Below, in pieces: positions 53,001-62,000 of a DNA stretch of 64,000 bases; position 1 is the stretch's first letter; every line of letters begins with the position of its first letter. Under the pieces are notes generated by a model. It worked only from the letters and a program-made list of their open reading frames with translations. It searched no databases and was not told the DNA's origin. The DNA is from Lytechinus pictus (Eukaryota). The stretch spans positions 60,760,001-60,824,000 of the forward strand of contig NC_087247.1 of NCBI RefSeq assembly GCF_037042905.1, written 5' to 3'. The translations under genes and the position numbers were made by a program.

Positions 53001-56000
53001 GTAGTCAAATGAGCAAGTGCTGTGAGATTCCAGATCAAAACCATCATCAAATGTGAGATAGAGAGAGCTATTTGTGTTTGCTGAGTTTCCCAAGGTCCAT
53101 TCACACATGATGTTGTTTGAATAGTTAGCTATACCATACTGAGGACTGAAGATATATCCTGATCCACCAGGTCCAACTGTGATCTGACCTCCACATACTG
53201 TAACAGTAAAACACATACAAAAAATTACACCATTAATGCATAAATACCGTTCAAAGGAAACCCAAAGGATGATTCGTACAGGCAGTTTGGCTTTATATAC
53301 CAGATTTATTTGATTGTTATTCATTGAGCCCTACGCCCAAGACGACTCATATTGGTGTCCATGAAAAATTTGCACGGTATCAAAATCGAGTTTTGTTTAT
53401 CCGGTTAACTAATATTCATGATATACATGAGAGAAGGACTTTTCCATAAATTCACTTCCTTATCATCTCCACAGTAAACTATGCAAGCACTAGTACATGT
53501 ACGTCACTCAATTGATACAAAGATCTGCTATTATCAACTGACATTTTAAACAGGTTTTAATTTGTAAACATACATATGTAGAATTTAAGTTTAATAAGGT
53601 TCAGTACATCTATAGTAGTTAACGTGGTATAGAGTTATGCCTAGCATTGAACTTTATGGAACATATCTTGGAAGAAATAAAGACTCAAAATAACTGGTCT
53701 AAAATTGGTTTCATGTGATATCAAGCAATCAATCAGTCAATCAGTCCAAAAATAAAGAGTTTTCTTAATCATCCTTACCTGATGCATCATTTGAATCATA
53801 GCGAGCTTGGAACCCTCGACCTGCAATAGAACCATCAGTACTGAAGACCACTCTCATGGTATTTCCACTTGAAGAGATCATATCAGGAGTGTCTGAACCA
53901 CATAGGGTATTCAGCAATGGAGAATTATCAGCTAAACCATTGTATACCTGTAAGAAAGGAACAAACCACATAGGGTATTCAGTAATGGAGAGTTATCCGC
54001 TAAACCATTGTATACCTGTAAGAAAGGAACAAACCACATAGGGTATTCAGAAATGGACAGTTATCAGCTAAACCATTGTATACCTGTAAGAAAGGAACAA
54101 ACCACATAGGGTATTCAGAAATGGACAGTTATCAGCTAAACCATTGTATACCTGTAAGAAAGGAACAAACCACATAGGGTATTCAGTAATGGACAGTTAT
54201 CCGCTAAACCATTGTATACCTGTAAGAAAGGAACAAACCACATAGGGTATTCAGTAATGGACAGTTATCAGCTAAACCATTGTATACCTGTAAGAAAGAA
54301 ACAAACCACATAGGGTATTCAGAAATGGACAGTTATCAGCTAAACCATTGTATACCTGTAAGAAAGGAACAAACCACATAGGGTATTCAGTAATGGACAG
54401 TTATCAGCTAAACCATTGTATACCTGTAAGAAAGGAACAAACCACATAGGGTATTCAGTAATGGAGAGTTATCCGCTAAACCATTGTAATGTATACCTGT
54501 AAGAAAGGAACAAACCATATAGGATATACAGCATTAGAGAGTTATAATTTAAACCATTGTATACCTCTAAGAAAGGAACAAACAACACAGGGGATTTAGC
54601 ATTGAATAGCTATCGGCGAAACCACTGTACACATGTATGAAAGTAACAATGATATACGATAGCAATAAACATGGTTTATTACAAATGATGAAATAATAAA
54701 TGCACTAGCATGAACATAAAAGTTGTCACCAATATAATTATAAAGCTCTTTTAATTAATCCATGCATTCAGAATGAGTCAATTTTTCATCCAGTCCCATC
54801 CAAATTTCCAACAATATTGTGTATCATTCAAGTATAAAAGTAAATCTTTTACTTTACCAATCTTTATTTATCTTAAATCGAATGCAACAACTAATAACAA
54901 TTGAATGTAAACCTACCTTAACTGAGTCATAGGTACAGACTGTAGCATCTTCAATATCAAAGTCATCAAAGTAAAGATTAATAAGATGACCAGTTTGAAC
55001 AGTAATACGCCACTCACAAATCCTGGAGTGTGTGTATTCATTAGGATAGCTAGGTGATGAGAAAGACCCTGTAGCTGATACCAAGTCTCCTCCACATTCT
55101 GAATAAAAAAAATATCAAAATCAAATAACAATACGACCAATTCTGTTTATTTTAACTATAGTTTGAATAATCGACCATGTGGAAGCAATATTTGAGATCA
55201 AGGGTTTGTTGCGGAGAGGGTTGAAATCACATCTACCTCTAAAAATCATATGCAACTTGATTTACAACCAATCAGAAGTCTACATTTCCCATTTTTCTTT
55301 CTTTTCAGAATTGTCTTAATATGCTAAACTATTTGTAAGAAATTTAAGAACATATAAAGCATGCATTGTTTATGTCTCCTAATTCAAACTTTGCTTAAAT
55401 GAAACAAATATCTCACAAAGCATTTTAGTTGGCATATTTGCCTATAAGCTATCTGAAGACAAAGAAAGTTCCACCTGAAATATACTTTAATCCCAATCAT
55501 ATGAAAGAGCTTAATATGCTCTTTCATTTGATACCGAATTCGTCATGGTAGTATTTATATTTCTGAAGATATTTGGCAAGCAAACAAATTTCACTGAATT
55601 CCATGGGTGTATGTAAACTTTCGGCCTAAACTGTATATTCATGTGCTCATTTTACATGTATTAATGTGATTTTGTTATCAGTATGGGGTTAATTATACAA
55701 GCAGTTGTGCTTCCTTTGACCCTTCCACATGTGAAATATATTTTAATGTTAATAATTTGTATATATAATTTTAATTGTGGAAATAAAGGTGAAATTAGAT
55801 TTGAATTTTCATTCAATAGCAAGGTCATAATACATAATCATACATGTACAACTACATAGTTATATTATACTTAATGATCTAGGCCAGTATGACTTTACAT
55901 GTAAAATTATAAAATGTTGGAGGTAACAAAATGACAAAAACTTAACATCAAGAATGAAATATTTTTCTTAAAGATGTAATGTAAATATAACAGTAATCAT

Positions 56001-59000
56001 ATTCAAATATTGAAAGACTTATGATCCTTTCTGGCTATAAATTATGAGATATCTTAGATTTTCCTTCTATGATCATAAAGAGAGTGAATCTCCTACAACC
56101 CAAATGAAACCAAAATATTAAATTTTTACTCATATGCTTATTAAAAATTAGAATTTTAATCTACAAGAATCAGATGTCCATTTCATAAACCGTTACAACT
56201 ATAGTTACTCTGTCACTATGGCAATTACATTAGTGGCAAATCTTAGCAGCCGATCAAAAGGTTTCCATGGTATTTATTATATTTCAACTAGATATCAACT
56301 GTTAACTGCTGCTATAAATGTGAATCAAACTGATTAGATCTGATACCAACCAAGGATTTGTCACTAGTTACAACTTACAAATAGCTTAATTAAACATCAT
56401 CCATATCTACATGTTTCAAAATGACAGCCATCATGTACTGGTAATGAAACAAAACTATAAGAAAATGAACAATATGTTTCAAATTTATTCTCTGTTAATC
56501 AGAATACATTTCATTCATTTTTTTCATAAAGAATACTTGTTTGCTTTGTCAATTTTAAGAAAGACAAACCTTCTTGGCCAGCAGTGAATTGAAGAGAAAA
56601 GCCAGATCCAGTATTAGAATCAGAGTTAGAGGCAAAGACCACATAGACATAAGCATCAGATGAATCAATGGAAGCAGGGATGTTACTGCCACAATAGGTA
56701 GCTAGCACTGGAGCTGAAAGGAAATATTGGGAGAAATATAATTTTTCCATTGCACATAATTCATTAATAAATAGACTTCATATGGTTTTAAATTCTGCAA
56801 CATAGTACAAGGGTTAATTACTTAATCATTACGTTTTTAACTGGCATACAGAGTCCATTGCCTTGTTACAATAATAAGAATAATCTCAAACAAATGCTGT
56901 AGCAGTTATCTGGACCATATATTATTACATATATACATTAATTTCAATTTGAATTATATTTAGTAAATCAAAAATATTTCTTGGCAATATTTTGAAAATG
57001 CTCCATTTGACATGAATATAAGACACAAATCCACACTTAATATCAAGTAAGAATGTTTGGATACCTGAACCATTGCGTCCATCATGTATCCTGATATAAT
57101 CTCCTGTAGAACAATCTCCAGACCCAATTACATTAAAAGCCGAGAAGGAGATGGTTACATAATAACCAACCGGACCAGTGATGTACCATTCACAGTTTGA
57201 AGATGAATCATAGTTATTAGGATAGTTAGGTGAGTTGAACGATCCACTTGTACCCGAGTAGCTACCTCCACAAACAGCTGAATTTAAAACATATTTAGGA
57301 TTATGTTAGGCTCAATATACAAGCATTTCTATTTCTATCCCATCACTCAGATGTACATGGATTTACATGATTATCAACATTAGTTCATATATCACTCCTA
57401 TCAAATAGTAATAATCTTTTCTACTGAACTTCTTCTCACTTAATCATTTCCACATACATGTAAATCTATGGAGACTTCATAATCTTTCTCAACTTTTACA
57501 TTTTTGTGTAATATCAATATACATGGCTTTCAAGCTGTGCTGGTGTCTTGGACAGACACAATACCATTGTCATATTTAATGATCACTTTGATTTCATAAA
57601 ATAGAAGGATACTATCCATGGGAAATATTTTAAGGAATGTCCAAACTAGCAAACTTTTCAGAATATCTTTGAAAACTCTTTCAATGATTTTCATGATATA
57701 TATGTACAAATGAGTCCATACTAAAGTCACCTGTGCTATATGTCATCTTGAATCCAGCATGAGTAACACTAAAGTCTGTTGAGAAGCGAACATACATGGC
57801 ATTTCCTGTTGTTGTGACTGGATTAGGAGCTATATTACCACAGTACTGACCAACAAGAGGAGCATTAGCTGAACCACCATCACGGATCTCAACATAGTCA
57901 AATTGGCAACTAGAAAAAAGAATAGACTTAATATAAATACCTTACTAAAAGTATGAATTCATATCTAGAGTTTGAAATCATTTTTATTCACGACAGTTGA
58001 AGATTGGTGAACAATGAACCTCACTGAATTCCAAAAAACTCAGGAACACAACCAACATGAAAAGAGCAAAAAAATAAAACATTAAAGAGTCAGCTGTGCC
58101 AAACATGTGGTTTCACACAATCTGGCACACTCAGATACAAAGACACCACAATATGTTTCATGAATGTGGGAAAAACTGTCAAGTTAAAAAGGACAGGTCT
58201 TGCTAGACACAAGGGCTATTTACAACCAAGCTAGTCTTTCTATTTAACTCAACAGGGAAATAGCATTCACTGTCTGCAATATTATTCCATCACCTTCCTA
58301 GATTAGTTTTACAAAATACATTGTAAGAGTTGATGATACCTTGAATGAGACTCAATATAGAAGTTACTGTCAAAGACTCCATTAATGAGATGTGTTTGAG
58401 GTCCAGAGATGATCCAGATACATTCTGTATTCTCAACATAGTTATTAGGCCAATTAGTTGATGAGATGAATCCTGTATCACTAGCACTGGTTAGAGTACG
58501 ATGTCCACCACAACCTGCGAAATAACATTTAATCACAGTGAATATAATATCTGTATATAATCGTGAGTGTGACAAGACCCTGCATCTCACATTTTGGGGA
58601 AAATCACTCTATAGATAATTTGTGATGTTAAGTCATGTTAAATTTCCAGCTCTCTATCATAAATAATGAAGTTATTAGTATTACATCATATCAAAGGGAA
58701 CACTTTCCTATTGGATATAGTGTCATCATGTCTGGCCAGTCATTTGTTCCCATTCTCCTCAAGATATAAGGTTATATCATCCCAGTTTCAATGAGATTTT
58801 TCAAAACAAATATGATAATTTGCATAAGGAAAATAAGATCTCACATTAAATTAAAAATTATAAACATTTCTAATAACAACAATCACAATTTTACGAGAGG
58901 AATTCGCTCAATTCTAATGGAATATGTGATGCCACATGAAGGAGTAAATCATCACAAGCATACCACATATCACAATAAACAAACAATTAAAGTTCTTGTC

Positions 59001-62000
59001 CTATCTTCTTTGACTAAGAATTCTCACTATAGTAGCATCAATCTACTTGATATATTGCCAGCTCAAAATTATTTGATTTGAATTATTAAACTGGACTCAA
59101 GGAGAGAAATCAAGGTTTATTGTAAAGAGGGAGCAATCTTACCTGCTGTAACAGTCACATAACTGAAGCTGAATCCACGTCCATTGCCCGAGTCATCTGT
59201 GACCAAGCGTACCCTCAACATGTTACTAGAGGTCTCCAAACCAGTAGGCTCAGTAGTTCCACAGTAAGGACTTGTTCCTAGGGCTGGAGAGGTCTCTGAA
59301 CCTCCATTGTACAACTAAAAAGGTATAACATAAAGACATATGCCAGAAAGTCTAAAGTGTAACAAACAATTAATCACCATTTGCAATTAGAAGGCAATGA
59401 TTTCATCTGTGTCCTATCTTCGAAGATTTTGTGTCAGTTTAACAAGAACTTACAATTATCATGGTATTTTGCCATTATGGTAACAACCATTGATAACAAG
59501 GCCTAGAACCCAATCAAATCTAGGTTTCCATGGAAGTTACCATCATAACATATTTTTCATGAAACGGGCCTCAGATGAAATCCTCCATTGTATGAGATTA
59601 TGAAAAAATACCGAAAGATATTGTATAAGACATATGTTTGTATTTTTTACCGAGAAATCACAATACTGTAACGCTGTTATTTTCGCGCAATTAAATTTTC
59701 GCGATTGGCGGCTTCAAAACATATTCATGGGTTCTTGAATTCACGCTGCAAACTCTATAATCACAAAGTCACTTCCTTTTCCCACATCTGTGAATGGTTT
59801 TAATTAATATTTCAGCGACGAAATTGTATTTTCTGATCATAATTCTAGCTCTAAAGCGGCGTAATTCAGCATTGTTTTGATCCAATCATGAGCTTTTGTG
59901 ACATTTAGCACAACTTTTCTTTGCGGGGCGGACATCGGGGAAGGCAAAATGGAGGCGCTGCTGGCCTAGTATGGATGGCCGAGCACCGGGTAAGGACCGG
60001 GGGGATTACGGCTATTCAAAGTGCATGGGATCAATCAAACCCGGGCGATCGACCCAACGTCTTCTTAAAAACTAAGCAGATCTAAACACTCACCAATCAA
60101 AGTCAAACAGCAAAAACAATTTATACTTCAACCAAAATCATAATTTAAATACCGATCTGATCGCATTGCTTTGGAACAAATTCTAGCGATGCATGTGATT
60201 TTGGAGCTCAAGCTTGCTTGCTTAAATGTCGCCCTCTATAGGTCAAATCATGCAGTCTCTTTGCAAAAACTATACACGCAATTGAACCGCGGTTCGAAAC
60301 TTGCATTAAAATAGATGCTCATAAATTCACGCTCGCCGATCTTGCCGCAAAATCCGCGAAAATTTCCACTTTTACAGTAACTGATTAGAAAGGGTTGATT
60401 ATAATGCACCAGAGTTGGTAGAAGCTAGTAGCTAGAAGTCATGAATATGAATTAGCTAGGAGTCATGTGCATTGCAAAATCATTTTAATACCCAATGATT
60501 TCAGATGTTTTTACAATAATATGAATGTGAGGTTAATCATTTGCAGTGGACCATTTTCTTTGACATTCTCTCTAAATATCATGAATAGACAGAGAAATGT
60601 CACAATATTCGTGTTGTCACAACTTGAATATCACTTTAATAGGTTGATTTCACTTAAGCCCAACTGTCTATAATATTAATGATACATAAAAAGCTGTAAT
60701 GTTACATATGGCCAATGTGGATATGACTCACATATAGCTGATCCTTTCCACAGTTGCTTGAAGATTCAACATCCAATTCTTGGAAGTTAAGTTGTATTGT
60801 TGCTCCAGAGATAGTCTGAATATCATAAGTACAATCCAGGTTGGACGCATAGTTGGCAGGGTAACCCGGACTTGTTACAGTTCCACTCATTGATGTAAAA
60901 TCACCTCCACATCCTACAAAAAATACATTAATCATTTCATTATCATTCTTCACCTGAACTGAAAATTCCTCCTTAAAAAAGAAGACAGTCAGGCCACATT
61001 CCTCTAGAAAAGGAAATTGACATTAATGAGGACCTCATGGCCAGAATTCACAAATGTGGTTTTGAATCCTTGGTTTAAAAACAAATAAAAATGCAGATTT
61101 TTTGCATTGGTAACATTTAATTATAGTAATATAGATTTATAATATAATAATATAGATTTTGTAGACTGCAGAAACAATTCACTTAAGTATATATTCTACT
61201 GCACTATGTAATACTCCTATCATGGTTGTTATTCATGAAGTAGATGAAGTGTTCTAAAATGTTTTTACATTTCAATTCATCCATCCATCCATAATTCATT
61301 GTTCGAAATAGACATCAGAAATGAAATACTCTGAAAATTTGTTTTGCCCAATTGATCGTGGGCCTGGCAGCTGCTGTGCAGCGCTAGATCTACAAGGCTC
61401 TATCCCTTTAATTGTTGAATGCCATACAGGATAGCAGCAACTCCCATCTTTATACGTCTTTTGGTCTGACGTGGCCAGGGTTTGAACCCCTGACCTCCTG
61501 GTTGTGAGACAGACGCTCAAGGGTGTATATTGAGAAATAGTCCAGTAATGAATGTGCAATGATATCACAGCATGCTAAATTGATGCTGGTTATTAAGATT
61601 GCAGCATTATTTCGCCCACTGTTTTAAATCAATGAGACCATTGTTTGCTTTGATTAATTAATATACATAAACAGTAATAACACAATAACCTTAATAACAA
61701 ATATCAATTTAGCTCCCTGCGGCACAAGTATTTATGGTCATTTGAAGTTGTAAACATAAAATTAAAACCTGGGTTAACATTGGAGTTATCACCCAGGGAG
61801 TTTTTCATTAGTGAGTATATTTACCTGACTTGTAGACAGCTACAAATCCTGATGATGTTACAGATATATCTGATGAGAACTCGACTCTCATGGTGCTTCC
61901 TGTAGAGTAAACTGGTGATGCCAACGATCCACAGAACTGACCTAATTGGGTATCACTATTGGTTGCTCCTAAAAAAGTACAACATACCATCAAATCACTT

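Noticed and set aside
53896-54648. 68-bp array as a CRISPR array
   Set aside because: No unique spacers, no cas genes, eukaryotic intron; the unit derives from the adjacent exon junction.
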